Shown here: positions 25,606-39,311 of the stretch, one piece after another
Position numbering within the stretch: the stretch's first letter is position 1
Layout: each line of letters starts with the position of its first letter
Origin: Mytilus edulis
Taxonomy: Eukaryota
Direction: 5' to 3'
NCBI RefSeq assembly: GCF_963676685.1
Contig: NC_092353.1
Span: 45,880,001 to 45,944,000 of the forward strand
DNA: 64,000 bases
Notes under the pieces: model-generated
Database searches by the model: none
The model's input: the letters and a program-made list of their open reading frames with translations, nothing else
What the model was told of the DNA's origin: nothing
Translations under genes and position numbers: made by a program

Positions 25606-25617
25606 TTAATGACTTAC

Positions 25618-25723
25618 CGACCAATCCACGGTGGATCGTAGCTCTCGTTTTCTGTATCCATGTTCTGCATGGCTAGGATGTAAGAGATTGGCATGGTTCT
25701 GTGTATTCTTTGATATGGCTTTT
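25618..25723 (-). CDS. DGKZ: DGK zeta/iota-like shared exon (KAISKNTQNHANLLHPSHAEHGYRKRELRSTVDWS)
   Basis: ttttcttttccag acceptor, TCG|gtaagt donor, 106 nt (phase 2 to 0). KAI...RSTVDWS matches DGKzeta KAITKS...IRSTVDWS. Confidence 0.95.
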
Positions 25724-27500
25724 CTGGAAAAGAAAACTAAAATTACAATCTTATGATAAACAAATCTGAATGACAGGCACTTGGAGAATTGGATCCTCTT
25801 TATACAGAAAAGGAGGGATCCAGACAAGACCATGTAAACTGAACATAATATATAAACTTATACAATTTTATGATTATTTTGTCTTAATTATGGGTTCTTA
25901 AATTGGTTCCAATTAAGACTAGTCCTAGTTGCAACATGACAGGAGATGTTTTCCTGCTACTCATCACATGACGAGGCAATTACTGGAAAGATGTTGCCTT
26001 AAAAAAAGCATATATCCCATGCATTAAATAGGATGTCATGGTCTTTCTTCAGTTTATGTTATCTTTTTTTTTAGCAACCACAGCATTGCAAGGCTTAGTA
26101 ATGCATGTTTCTCCATCTTGCTGTCAGTAAATGAGGCTGAACTTACAACCTGTTTTGTACAAATTTACTTATTTTATATGTTGAACTCAATTCAGGGTAT
26201 CCATAATCCTGGGTATATATTTTTTTTCTCAGCTGAGTCGTTAATTACCACAATTTTTTCCCTACTGTGTCTTTCTTCAATTGGTATTTTTCAAAAAAAG
26301 TGTAGAATTTGTACTTGTTTTGAGTCAAAAAAAAACTTGGCATAAATAAAGTTTTATCATTTCCGGTTAAAGATATGATACAGTGATAATTTTACACATT
26401 ACGTTTCATAGCATTTAAGAGAACATATATAACTTTTCCAGAAAAACAGCATAATTTAGTAATATATAACCAAGAAAGAAAAATATTTACAAAAGTTAAT
26501 TAATGCTGTCAACAGAAATGACATAACTTAATTACATTGGACTCTGCCAGTTTTCAAGGCTAGACAAAAAATATCGGTCAAAGCTTATTAATTTTCAATC
26601 AACTCGATCAAAACAGTTTTTGTATCTCACCAAAATTATAAGGCAATATATTTATTTCTATAAAAGTTTTGACTACGTATATATTTCCGTAACAAAACAT
26701 GCCTAGATGACAATTCTTAATAAATTGAATTAGCCGGTAATAAACAATTTGTATTTGAGAACAATTCAACGTATCTAAAATCTTCCTTTATTCATAATAT
26801 GTATACGTCATTTCTTTTCAAATATAACCCATTAGGCTTTTCAAAAACAAACTAATTAAAATTATCCATTCAAAGGAACCATTTTAAAGCCGTAATTCCA
26901 TCCAGAAACATTAATCCTGATCACTGTTGGCTAAAGGTATAATCCACGATTTCATTATGTGTGTCACATTTTACATCAGCGAGTTATTCTTGGTCCATAA
27001 TTTCCTATTTATATCAGCGTTTTATTGCAATAAATAGATTATAGCTATTTATGGTATCAATTATCTCTATATTTAGTAGACATCTAAGTTCTTAGAAAAT
27101 ACGCTGCAATCAGATCTCCACTTGACATACGGAGAAATGTTTAAATTAAGAAAATGACGAGCCATAAAAATATTAATACCGCACAGCTTCACTTCAGATA
27201 CATAAACATATACTATCTAAATAAATCCCTTTATAGACAAATTTTGTATACATTACTTCTTTGAAATAGAAATAGATATTGCTTTACTAAACATTTGCGT
27301 CACTAATGGATTATATGGGCAGTTTTATTGGGCTAATTAATAGTTGAAAGTTTTAAATGAATTTCACACAAATATAGAATAATCTGGGACTATCTTTAAT
27401 TCTGGGAGAAATATATCCCTAAGCTGTATAAACACCAACTTAAATCCTGAATATAAGAAAATTTCGAACTTTTGTTAATATGCATCAGGTTGTCAATTAA

Positions 27501-30037
27501 GGTAGCACAATACAAAGATTTCATAACTCCAACTCCCAAGTTTTAAAATGCTGTAACTTTCTTAATAATGCTTGAAAATTTATAAAAGTGGTAGTTTTGG
27601 ATAGCTAACAGATCACTCTTTCAAATAAATGCAATGTTAGTATTATGCAACAATTATGTAACCAATTATAATGTTAACTGTGTCTAAAATATTTTTCACC
27701 AAATTTCCACTTTCAAATGAAATTAGCTTCTGCATAGGTATCCCTAGAGGGATGATTTTATTATATGTTATTCCTATGGCCATTATCTACAAAAGGGTGT
27801 CTCAGATTTCAGATAGAATGAATAGAACAAATTTTACACCTAATTGAACATTGTCTTCTTTTATGTGGTTAGGATGTCTACACTAATTAGAGATTTATGA
27901 GAGAATGGAACACCATAGAGACAATCTGACCCCGGCGAGAAGAAATTCATGACTTCATGAACTATCATGAATGGTTCGTGAATGTTCATGAATGGTACAT
28001 GAAAATTCATAAATAATTCATAAATGAAGGTTCATGAATCTAATTCATGAACTGTTCATTAAAAGTATTTTATGAATGTTCATGAAGTTTTGATGAATCA
28101 CTAGCTGCTCATAAAAATTCATGAAATGTTCATTAAAAGTAATGTTCATGAAGTTTTGATGAATCACTAGCTGCTCATAAAAATTCATGAAATGTTCATT
28201 AAAAGTATTTATGAATATTTATAACTTACATCACACGTATAAATGAGTATCATAGGTACCGTTTCGACCATTCAGAGTAGAACATTTTACATAATTATTC
28301 GTGAAATATCATAAATGTATGGTGTTTTTATTTTTTTATTCCTGCAAAATAAAAAAATAAAATAAGATGAAATAGAAGTTGTAGCTGTATTTTAAGATAG
28401 ATATTATATACAAAACTAAAATTTTAAAAGGAAAACGTATATTTTAATGAAAGTGAAATACATTTTCAAAACATTTTCAAACACCCATATTAAGGGGAAG
28501 TAACTCTTGTGATTTTAAATTTCTACAAACCGGCAAACCCCTCAAATCGGCTGTTTCCGTAGTCCAACGGTCGACCGATTTTGAGAAGTTCACTGAAATA
28601 CCATAACAGGGACGAATCAACTTCGGGCCGATATTATATGGGACGAGATTGACACCTTGACTTAAACGCACTTGCAAATATGACGTCATATGATTACGCT
28701 GGATAACAAAAATGGAGAATCCAAACGCAGATGTTTTCAGATAAGTATTTGATTTAACATATAATGATTATGAAATACAATTTGTTGAGGCAATATAAAA
28801 CATTTAGGATTTTAATCTGAGCAAAACATCAGAAAGTTTAGGCAGACAATAAATTAATGAAGAATGATAAATTGATATATTGTTGTCACATTCATAACAG
28901 ACATATCGTAATCTGACATGTAAATGGTACATGGGTATATATGATAATCTGATATGTAGAAATTAAATTGTGTGAATAATATTCATCGTAAATTAAATTG
29001 GTGAAACGTTAATAATAATTTAAGTCGCCAGTTTCATCTTCAAGGGATAAAGAGGGGGGGGGGTACTAAATTTGAGTTTAACTTAAACTTCCAATGCAAT
29101 TTAAGATGCATAATGCTGTTTCTATTGAATGTATTGCTTCATACAATCATTACCTCTTGAACAATTGATTCTTTGTGGATATTTTTGTACTTTTAGGGGA
29201 TTAAATATGAGCTGCCAGCAATGATATGAAACAGATTTTATGCAGACTCCATTTTAATACCTTTATTCAGCAATTATTGTTGGAAATACAGAGACAGCAA
29301 GTTTTGAATTACAGAAAGGAAGAGAAGTTTATGTATCACACATAATTTTTATATTAGTTAATCAGTTTGTGGATTTACCAGTGATAATTCCAGTGGAATC
29401 TACTGGAACAATTCATGAACAAGAAAGGTTCATGAACATTTAAGTGTTCATGAACTTCAATGTTCATGAACAATTTATGAACAAAGTTCATGAACAATTC
29501 ATGAACAAGAAAGGGTTCATGATCATTGTTGTTCATGAACATTTAAATGCTCATGAACCTTTCTTGTTCATGAATTGTTCATGAACATTAAAGTTCATGA
29601 ACATTACTGTCGATTTTCAGTTCATGAATTGCTCATCAAATGTTCATGAAAATATGATGAACTGTTCATGAAATCTGTTCATGAACAGTTCATGAAATGT
29701 TCATGCATATTCATGAATTATTCATTATCATCTCACAGGGGGAGACACCCTTTTGAAGCCCATGATGTGTTGATTAAGATTCCGTTAAAATTTTCTGTAT
29801 AGTTAAAGAGATGATAGAGCTAAATTCATTCAAGTGAACGTACCCAGATTTTGCCACTAATTACATAATAAATGATTACATAATGATTGCATAATAAAAA
29901 TATTGCAACCATTTAAAAGAGTAATCTTTTATCTATCTATATATACCTCTTTTATTATTTTCTATGCATACATAAGAAAGTTACAGCATTTTAAAGGTTA
30001 GTGATTGGAAGTAAAAAAATCTTTGTATTGTGCTACC
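27501..30037. mobile_element. Kolobok-like non-autonomous DNA transposon (TTAA TSD, GG..CC ends, long imperfect TIRs)
   Basis: TTAA|GGTAGCACAATACAAAGATTT...TTTAAAATGCTGTAACTTTC versus GAAAGTTACAGCATTTTAAA...AAATCTTTGTATTGTGCTACC|TTAA. Confidence 0.88.
27930..29741. mobile_element. CACTA/EnSpm(CMC)-like non-autonomous element nested in the Kolobok-like element
   Basis: GA|CCCCGGCGAGA ... TCTCACAGGGG|GA (2-bp TSD); dense subterminal TTCATGAA arrays at both ends (27945-28220, 29410-29725). Confidence 0.82.
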
Positions 30038-30850
30038 TTAAAACTTGTTGTTCCTCATTTAAAAGAAATTGTAAAAAACAGAAAGATGCCAGGAACACAA
30101 AAGGCTTATTTTCACAACTTTGAAATATTTATATTTTAGAAATAACAAGAACGATTGATACATACAAAAAACTAAAAGTGCAGAATTCACTGCAGATTGT
30201 GATTTATTTGATATTAAACAGTCAAACATTAAAAATAACTCTGACTTCCAAATTATAAACAAACATTGCTACAAGTTATAAAAATAACTTGATAATGAGG
30301 ATAAATTTCTGCTTCAATCCACTTGATAGAAATCACAACATTTTTTTCTCATTCGTTATAGGTGAGTTAAACACCTACACAATAATAAAAAAGATGCTAC
30401 ACTTCAAATCTGCCAAAACCAATACCTCATCTTTGTAATTCAAATAACAGTTTGATGAGGATAAGTATTTATTCATACTAAGTATTTCACACAGAGTATA
30501 TAATAATTTAACAGAGACAAGCGTAGGTCAAAAGTTTTGACACCCGCCAAAACTTAATGTGGTGAACTGAAAGCAAAAGTTACATTTTTCCAGTCTAAGT
30601 TTTCAAGGTACTTAATTTTCTTTTACATATTTGTGAATAAGATGAAAAGAGTCCAACCTTTTTTCTGTTATTAACTTTAATACATAAGTTTTCTTTAATA
30701 TTGACACCTTGACAATTCACTAATCAAGATCCATAAGGAGGGCGATTATGAAAAATCTACCTAGTCTTACCACACCCTTTGTCCAAATGTCTATTCCAAA
30801 CCAGGAACCTTGCCATAGTCTTTGGTAATACAGTCACACATGGGAATAGT

Positions 30851-31049
30851 GAAGGGGGTAGGACCTTTTTCGGGACATCATAATTGGGTGTCTTTAAGCT
30901 CAGGATTTTGGGATTGATCCTTTCAGGATCTAGGAATTCGTTTTTCGAATTTTGGGATGTCAGGATTTAAATTTCTATGAATTCGGGAACTCAGGATTTC
31001 ATTTTTTTAAGCCCGGGATTTTGGGATCAGGACCCCTCCAACCACCCTC
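30851..31049. mobile_element. GAG...CTC-type MITE with 6-bp TSD AATAGT; truncated sister copy at 24634-24750
   Basis: AATAGT|GAAGGGGGTAGG ... CCAACCACCCTC|AATAGT; internal (TCGGGA)-like repeats. Confidence 0.88.
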
Positions 31050-32904
31050 AATAGTCAGTCACACTGGGGACCAGAGAAAACATAACCTTATATACGGTGA
31101 CCTTTAAAATGAGGAACAAATTGCATAAGTATATTTACAATGGGACAACGATAAGGGAGATCTGACAAGAAAAGTTTTGGGTTAATGGAGAAGACTAGTT
31201 TATCGTAGGTTTGACTGTACCATAAGGATTTTTGGTCATTTGGAGAATTTGGTAAGATGGCAGAACTTTGACTGTAGATAGATATCAGATGATGTGGTAT
31301 GAGTGCTAATGAGACAACTCTCCATTTAAGTCACAATTAGTAAAAGTAAACCATTATAGATTAAAGTATATGCAGTCTTTACAAAAAACAAGAAACACTT
31401 ATGAACCACATCAACAAACGACTAGAACCACTGAACATCAGGTTCCTGACTAAAATAGTACCAGGTAAAAACACATGCAGCGGGTTTAAACGTTTTGTCC
31501 ATATTACATTTATTCACAACTATTTCAGACTATCTGGTGAGGATGATATGGTTTTTGAATAATCGAACAAAGAATTGTTCCAAAAATATGAGCACAAATG
31601 AAAATACAGAATGAACATATATGCAGGCCATCACATGACCCTGTAATTAACACTTGATTTTAATGCAAATTAAAAAATTATCTCAAAAATTTATCTATGA
31701 ACCATAATAGCTGTAATAACTAGAACCATGTAGCTTAAATGTTTCATTACCTCTACAGAAACCGATTGAAAGGGATAACATGTTTAATGTCCCGTTAAAA
31801 CGTCCTATAATGTCCGATAATATTGATAAAGGTCAATAAAAAAGACTTGGATGAATACAGCCAATTGCAAAAAAACAAAATGGAAGAATAACTTCATTCC
31901 CAGAAGATAAAATTATCCTGTAAATCCTTAATCATTTATTAACAAATTCTGTTTCCATTTCTTATAATACAATCTAGATAGAGTCAATTCAAGTTCACGC
32001 TTTGTATTGTCACAAAATAAATTGTTTTGAACCTCAGTGATGGACGGCTCTCTTGGGACTATTGAAAGGACTGATTACAACTGTTATTATTTTCAGCATG
32101 ATATGAACACTGAAGAGAGAGAAAATAGTGTCAGTAAGTTTAACTGCACTGAATGCTGATTAATTCTTTTCTTTTGTCCAATATCAAATGATCTGCATGG
32201 TCAAAATTAAAAGTCGAAACAATCATTCAATCAACCTCTATGATAGTTATATATATATACATTTTTCATAGATTTAATATATATGGCTACTCAGGGACTT
32301 ATGACTGATCAGCTTTAGGTTGAAATCATCTATTGCTTCGTCAAAAATAAATAGAAACTTAAAAGGCTATGAGTATTTCTAAAGGTCATATAGATAGATA
32401 CATGTACCATATCAGTTCAAATTTATCAATGTAATAACAATTGCTGATTTATTGTTGGTTTTTTAATGTCAAGGGTCAAATATTTCATCTGAAAAGTCCT
32501 ATTTTACTATACTTATTACCATTTGTAAACGAGACTATACAGACAGATTTAAAGTAACAACAATGTATGCTCACTTTGTGTATCATAGAACCAAGAAAAA
32601 GACGTGTTATTGACTCAATCAGCTGAGACGTCAAGTAATGCAATTTCTGCTGAAAATCTTCTCAAGTGCACTTGAACCTAATAGACATGAAATCCATTTC
32701 AGTATCCAATACATGTTTTCAAATTTATATCAAATCTTTTAAAACTAATATATAATTACAACATCATCCAATAAATGTCTTATATAATTGGATTCAATGT
32801 CTGGTAAATCTTAATTCATATTGAAATTTAAATTCATTAAGAAATTTGAAAACTTTCCATCCAATTTTTCAGTAATACAGAGTCATACATTTAAATCAGT
32901 CATA

Positions 32905-33440
32905 GTGTGGATTATAAAGACTATCTTTCTATTTTGATGAGATAATCCTGCAATGTGGATTATGAAGTGCTAGATTATCAGCCATATTGTGGATTATAAG
33001 GACTATATTAACTTTCTATTTGGATGAGATAATCCTGCAATGTGGATTATGAAGTGCTACATTATCAGCCATATTGTGGATTATAAGGACTATATTAACT
33101 TTCTATTTGGATGAGATAATCCTGCAATGTGGATTATGAAGTGCTACATTATCAGCCATATTGTGGATTATAAGGACTATATTAACTTTCTATTTGGATG
33201 AGATAATCCTGCAATGTGGATTATGAAGCGCTAGATTATCAGCCATATTGTGGATTATAAGGACTATATTAACTTTCTATTTTGATGAGAAAATCCTGCA
33301 ATGTGGATTACGAAGCTCTAGATTATCATGCAGCCATATTGTGGATTATAAAGACTAACATTCTATTTCGATGTGATAATACTGCAATGTGGATTATGAA
33401 TTGCTAGATTATCAGCAATATTGTATTATAAAGACTAACC
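32905..33440. repeat. 87-bp minisatellite, ~6 copies, with two TGTGGATTAT sub-repeats per unit
   Basis: GATAATCCTG at 32941, 33028, 33115, 33202. Confidence 0.93.
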
Positions 33441-34719
33441 AAATTAAATTTTTAAAGAACTTATTGTGTCAAAAACGGGATTTTTTACCATGAGGAGCCA
33501 CATCGCAAAAGGAAACTCGGGGTTTGCTAATTTACGGATAAATGAATCACACTTCGTACCCCGAAAATTTAACCACATATGTAAAAATGTCTCAGCTTCG
33601 AAACAAGCCATCATACATATACAAGTTTATGATATTGGCTGAGCAACAGAAGAAAACGTTACCATTACCGCCTATGTAGAAACAATTAATGTGCATATTG
33701 CCCCACATGCACCAACATGACACACAAATCACAATGAAATATCACTTCCCATGTACTGATGGACACAAAATGGTTTTCTTATAATAAATAACTCAAATAT
33801 ACTTGATGCATTTAATAAACATGACAAAAATGCTTTATAGGAATATCTGAGACATTTTTTTCCAATATACTCTGCTCACAGCAATTCATAAATCTGACAA
33901 TCAAATCTGGATTATGTCATGGCACTGTGTAATTTAAGTACCAGAACAAAAGACCTAAAGATGAGCCTGACCTTTCTTTTTTAATTACAATAACTAATCA
34001 ATTTTTATTAGTCATCCATGATGGTGGTCCTAACATACTGATAATCTTGATCCAAATATTAATATGCCTTTCACAAGTCAGGCGAATATAAAAAAGATGT
34101 GGTATGATTGCCAATGAGGCAACTCTCCACAATAGACCAAAATGACACAGAAATTAACAATTATAGGTCACCGTATGGCCTTCAACAATGAGCAAAGCCC
34201 ATACCACATTATAAGTCAGCTATAAAAGGCTCTGAAATGAGAATGTAAAACAATTCTAAACTAACGGCCTTATTTAAATCAAAAATAATGTATCTTTGTA
34301 TTTTTTTTGGTATTGATGAAATTTGGTAGTATCTATTTTATTTTTATTATGCAGACCCAGAAGCTGATTTCTATTTCTTCAATGTTATCGCTATAATAAT
34401 GTGCTCTGAATTTTCTGATTCTAAGGTAGTGTTACTCATTTCAAATTATAGCATAATGTGTCATAGAAAGTGAATGCTCCTACTCAAGGTGTGAAATTTT
34501 CCAACCTAAAATTCAAACTCTGTCTGGGTGTTTTGGTTCTTATAGTGTTGTGTATGACTTTCATAAAAATTTGGAAAAGACAAACTTAAGTTAAAGTGAA
34601 GAAACAAAAATATTTGTAATTTTCTAAGTAAAAAGGGGCATAACTCTTAAACTGTAAGTGAATTACTGTCCAATTATTTTACTCTTTGAGCTTTGGTTCT
34701 AATAGCATTGTCTTCAAGT

Positions 34720-35282
34720 TAAGCCCTATGCTAGCCCTTATACCTAACTTTAAACAAGCCCTATGCTAGCCCTTATACCTATAGCTAACCTTACACATAC
34801 CCTATGCTAGCCCTTATACCTTACATTACACAAACCCTATGGTAGCTCTTATATCTAACCTTACATGAGCCCTGTGCTAGGCCTAATACCTAACTTTACA
34901 CAAGCCCTATGCTAGCCCTTAAACCTAAACTTACACAAGCCCTATGCTAGCCCTTAAACCTAACTTTACACAAGCCCTATGCTAGCACGTATACCTAACT
35001 TTACACAAGCCCTATGCCAGCCCATATACCGGTACCTTACTTTACACAAGCCCTATGTTAGTCCTTAAATCAACCTTAAACAACGGGGAGGCCCTATGGT
35101 AGCCCTTATACCTAACTTTACACAAGCCCTATGCCAGCCCTTATACCTAACTTTACACAAGCCCTATGCCAGCCCTTATATCTAACCTTACACAAGCCCT
35201 ATGCCAGCCCTTATACCTAACCTTACACAAGCCCTATGCTAGGCCTTATACCTTACTTTACACAAGCACCATGCTAGCCCTT
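34720..35282. repeat. 35-bp minisatellite, ~15 copies (AAGCCCTATGCTAGCCCTTATACCTAACTTTACAC)
   Basis: Directly visible tandem array. Confidence 0.93.
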
Positions 35283-37379
35283 TGACCAAATACAAACTGT
35301 AATTGAAACTGAAGCCTTTCCATTTATTCATCTATCCCCTTATACTGATGTGTTACTTTAAATTTGGTAGTAGAGTATTTGCTTTTAATGCTTTAACAGT
35401 TTACATGTGTTGTACTTTTGCATGGATTAGTTGAGTAAGTACAGCATGTGTGTAACCCTGATTAATTCTGTAACATGCTGATTATCATTAGACATGTACA
35501 TATCGGTGCTATCTTTAGACTTAATGTTTTCTGTAAATAATCTGGAGAAGATGGAATGTTAATCTATTAGTTATCTTCTTCAGTATCACATGCTTGTGAT
35601 TAACATCAATACATGTATAATAATAAACAGACTTTTACATCCATAACACTATGTATAAAAAAAATTGTTGGACACACTGCTTGAGTATCAATGATCCAAG
35701 TTCTATAAATTGGAAAGCATATTTACTGGAGGACTAATATTTCAAAGATGATCGAGGAAATAATCATTTCAGACAGATATGTATAATGAATTCCCATTCA
35801 TATAATCAGACAACTGTAAATTATTAAGCCATGATCCAGCTATATATCTCAAAATCATAATTCCTGCAGCCAACTAATAACTGTGACTTGATTGTAAGCA
35901 TTGCTGTCCTGTAATGCATGTAAACATTACAATTCATTCAAAGTTCTAACCAAATTGCAATTTGTTTCATGAAATTTATTGATTCAAATGGTGCAGACAT
36001 TGTTCCTGGGGTTGGACGATCAATGCATTTGAAAGGGGACATATGGTTGAAAAAAAACACTTTTAAAATGGCTGGATCGATCTGCCCCTGTAGAAGGTTT
36101 CAATATAATTGTGGCATATTTGTAACAACACAGATCGGTCTCTGTTAAATTCCATGGATTTAAACTAAAACACTTCCAGAACATTTGATATCGTCTTTCT
36201 TAAAACTTTGGATGTCCAACACATATTTGCACCATTTCAACCCAAATTTCAAATATATGTTTTGTCAATATTTCCAATTAGCAAAGTTTATCATATTTCA
36301 TGTGTTTAAGTAATTTATTATTCTCATTTTTATCACCATCTTATTTTTGAATCTTTCAACCAGTATTGAGTGACGCTTTCATCAAAATCTATTACTTATT
36401 TATTTCTATATTTATCTATTTCCATAAAATAATGATTAAAATTCATAAATTTATGAATAATTGAAGGATTTTTCATGTTTTCTGGTTGTAAAATTGGGTC
36501 TAAAAACATTAAAGTGTTAGAAATTGATCATGACATCTTTTCAAACACAAACATAAGGAGTGTTGGTACTGATATCTAAAGTAATAATCAATACTAGAGT
36601 ATAGATAATCTACCTTTTTAAAACTGCAAAGCAAAAAAAATTGAAATTACCTGTTTTAAAAAATCAATACAAATCTATCATTTTTGCTTACAGCATCTTT
36701 AAGAAGAAAAGGAAGTATTTACCAGCATATACTTTAGTATATATATATTGAAATATGGTCACCAGCAACAAAACTGATGCTTACAAGGGTCATAATAATG
36801 ACAGCAGAATTTTTTGTTTTTTGTTCTTATGCATAGTATTCATTGTCAATAATATCATGCAATTCTTTTTCTTCAATATTTTACAAAACTATTTCCTTCA
36901 TTTTGTTGGGCTTTTACATTCTAGTAGTACTTTTTACCCCAGTAAGACTTTGAATATATAACAAAGACATCTCATTTTATCTTTTCAATTCTGAAGAAAG
37001 TAATTCCTAGCATTTTTTTTTTTATATACTATTGTGAAGCAGTACATCATCTTGTAACAATGGCATTCTATGATGTTTTAAATCTCTAGATACCTTTATT
37101 CTAATATATATAACAATATATAGTTAATATAAACTATTTAGTTGAATAAAAAACACTACTGGAAGATTGCCGAACACACCTGACACAATGTTAATACCAA
37201 GTCTACCTCCTATAAAGAAAACCAGTCTAGTTGTAAACCAATGCTGCTGAGACCAAATTAGATCTGGGTTATTTTGAAATGTTCTGAAATACTTGTCTGT
37301 CAGCAAAATATAAATATAACAAAATGTATACCAATCTAAAACAAGATACATATTGTAGACTTTTACTCACTAATTATAT

Positions 37380-37556
37380 GAGGGGGGATAGGAGGGGTCT
37401 TGATCCCGAAATCCTGGACTTGAAAAAACGAAATCCCGAGGTCCCGAATTTAAATAAAGCAAATCCCGACATCCCAAAATCTGAAAAAAAGGATTCCCAG
37501 ATCCCGAGCTTAAAAACACCCGATCCCGGAGTCCCGATAAAGGTTTTATCCCCCTC
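37380..37556. mobile_element. GAG...CTC MITE with 6-bp TSD TTATAT (inverted relative of 30851-31049)
   Basis: TTATAT|GAGGGGGGATA ... TATCCCCCTC|TTATAT; internal TCCCGA repeats. Confidence 0.9.
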
Positions 37557-38687
37557 TTATATCCCTGTTCACAGTAGGTCAAATGAAGAGTGTGTCTGTG
37601 AATGTAACCTATATTTCATACGGACATAACAATAACAAAAAAAATATTAAAACAATTAAAAACATGTCAAAAGTAGATATAAGAAGATGTGGTACGAGTG
37701 GCAAAAGAAACAACTCTCCATCCAAGTCACAATTTGTCACAAAAAGTAAGCCATTATAGGTAAAGGTAGGGTCTTCAACACCGAGCCATAATGGGTCATC
37801 ATCCGAACAGCAAGCTATCAAGGGCCCACAAAATTACTAGTGTAAAACCATTCAAACAGGAAAACCAACAATCTATCTATATAAAAAATGACAAACGAGA
37901 AACATTCAGAATGATCCACATCAACAAAAGACAACTACTGAAGATCAGATTCCTGACTTAGGACAGGTGCAAACATTAATGCAGCCAGTTTAAAAGGTTC
38001 ATTTATATGGCAAAACCTGAAGGTTCAATTGTACTTTATCTTTAGTTATTTCCTACTTCTTGTACTGGGTTTCTTCATTGTGCTCAATCTTTGACATGCA
38101 TCATTAATACAAATTATTTGATTGCAATGACTTCAGGATCGAATTGTCTTCTTAATTCTTAGCTAGCCCACACATTTATTTTGTCTTCTCAGCTATTGCG
38201 TATTTTCCTGTTTTTTGTTGTAATCTATAACATTTGACATTTTCTAGAACAGAAAACCTTGCATCAAATTTAACAGTAAATGATGACATGTGTACAAAAG
38301 TATATTCGTAAAGACATGTCACACTAAACCAGAATATAAGAATCCTTACAAGTGCCACACTGACTGAGATTAGAGGCTTACAAAGCCTTGTACTTTAACT
38401 TTACATTCTTACCAATGTTAAAAATCAATTTTCAAAGGGTTTTTGAACCACACAGTCAGTTGTAAGCTTTTTAATTATTATGGATGTTGATGTAATGAAC
38501 TTAACCAATAAGTATTTTCTAACTACAGTAGATTCAAATAAAAAAAAAATTCAATACATATTGCAACATTAAGTGAAAACTGCAGTAAATAGTAAAACAC
38601 ATTTTAATTGAAAATCTTGTCAAAAACTAGTTTTGATAATAATGAACAAATGTATGTATGTAACCCAAAAGAACTTTTCAGCTTATT

Positions 38688-38990
38688 TAAGGAATGACTG
38701 TAATATTTTTTCTGTCTATGAAGAAATAACATAAAAAATGTGGTGCACACTGAATAACGCGCGTAGCGGGTTATTTACAGTGTGCACCACATTTTTTATG
38801 TTATTTCGAATAGACAGAAAAAATATTACAGTCATTTCTTATAATTTAATTCTAAATTCCATTTTAAACCGTAGAAAACCATGAAAAAACGTTGATGACG
38901 TCACGGTCACATGACTAAGTTATGTCTATGGGCTCATAACAAAATAACATCAGCCAATCAGGAGACGCGTTACATCCAAAATTAAATTAT
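38688..38990. mobile_element. Fold-back element with ~154-bp near-perfect palindrome (possibly Crypton-type non-autonomous)
   Basis: TAAGGAATGACTGTAATATTTTTTCTGTCTAT...GTGGTGCACACTG-AATAAC-GCGCGTAGCGG-GTTATT-TACAGTGTGCACCAC...ATAGACAGAAAAAATATTACAGTCATTTCTTA, followed by a CpG-rich tail. Confidence 0.75.
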
Positions 38991-39311
38991 AAATGAATTG
39001 AAATAAAAAATATTTTTTGGCTTAAAATTAAACAGTGTAGTTCTCAAGAGACAGGTTCCTAAAATGTACCATAATATAGTGTGTGTCCATTAATGACCAC
39101 TCAGACCTCCAAAAACAATCTTTTTCAAATTGCAATGATTATCAGCAAATAATCAAAGTGAAAACTGTACAACAGACCCCTTGGAATAGCATTTTTTCTT
39201 AAGGCATCAATATTGATTCTCGCCAAAATAAATGTTTTATTTTCACTAATATTAATTGGAACATAAATCAGAAATGAGGTAATACCAAAACTTCAAATTT
39301 CTGAAATATAG

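Noticed and set aside
25606-25833. 75-aa ORF as a standalone gene
   Set aside because: Only 25618-25723 is the DGK exon; the rest is intron read-through.
33470-33700. CpG patch with ATG TGG CTC CTC ATG|gtaaaa on the minus strand
   Set aside because: Weak donor and wrong phase for the 25723 acceptor; no other support.
34720-35282. Interstitial telomere-like CCCTAA signal
   Set aside because: Only degenerate CCCTAT/CCTAAC words inside a 35-bp unit; no true (TTAGGG)n run.
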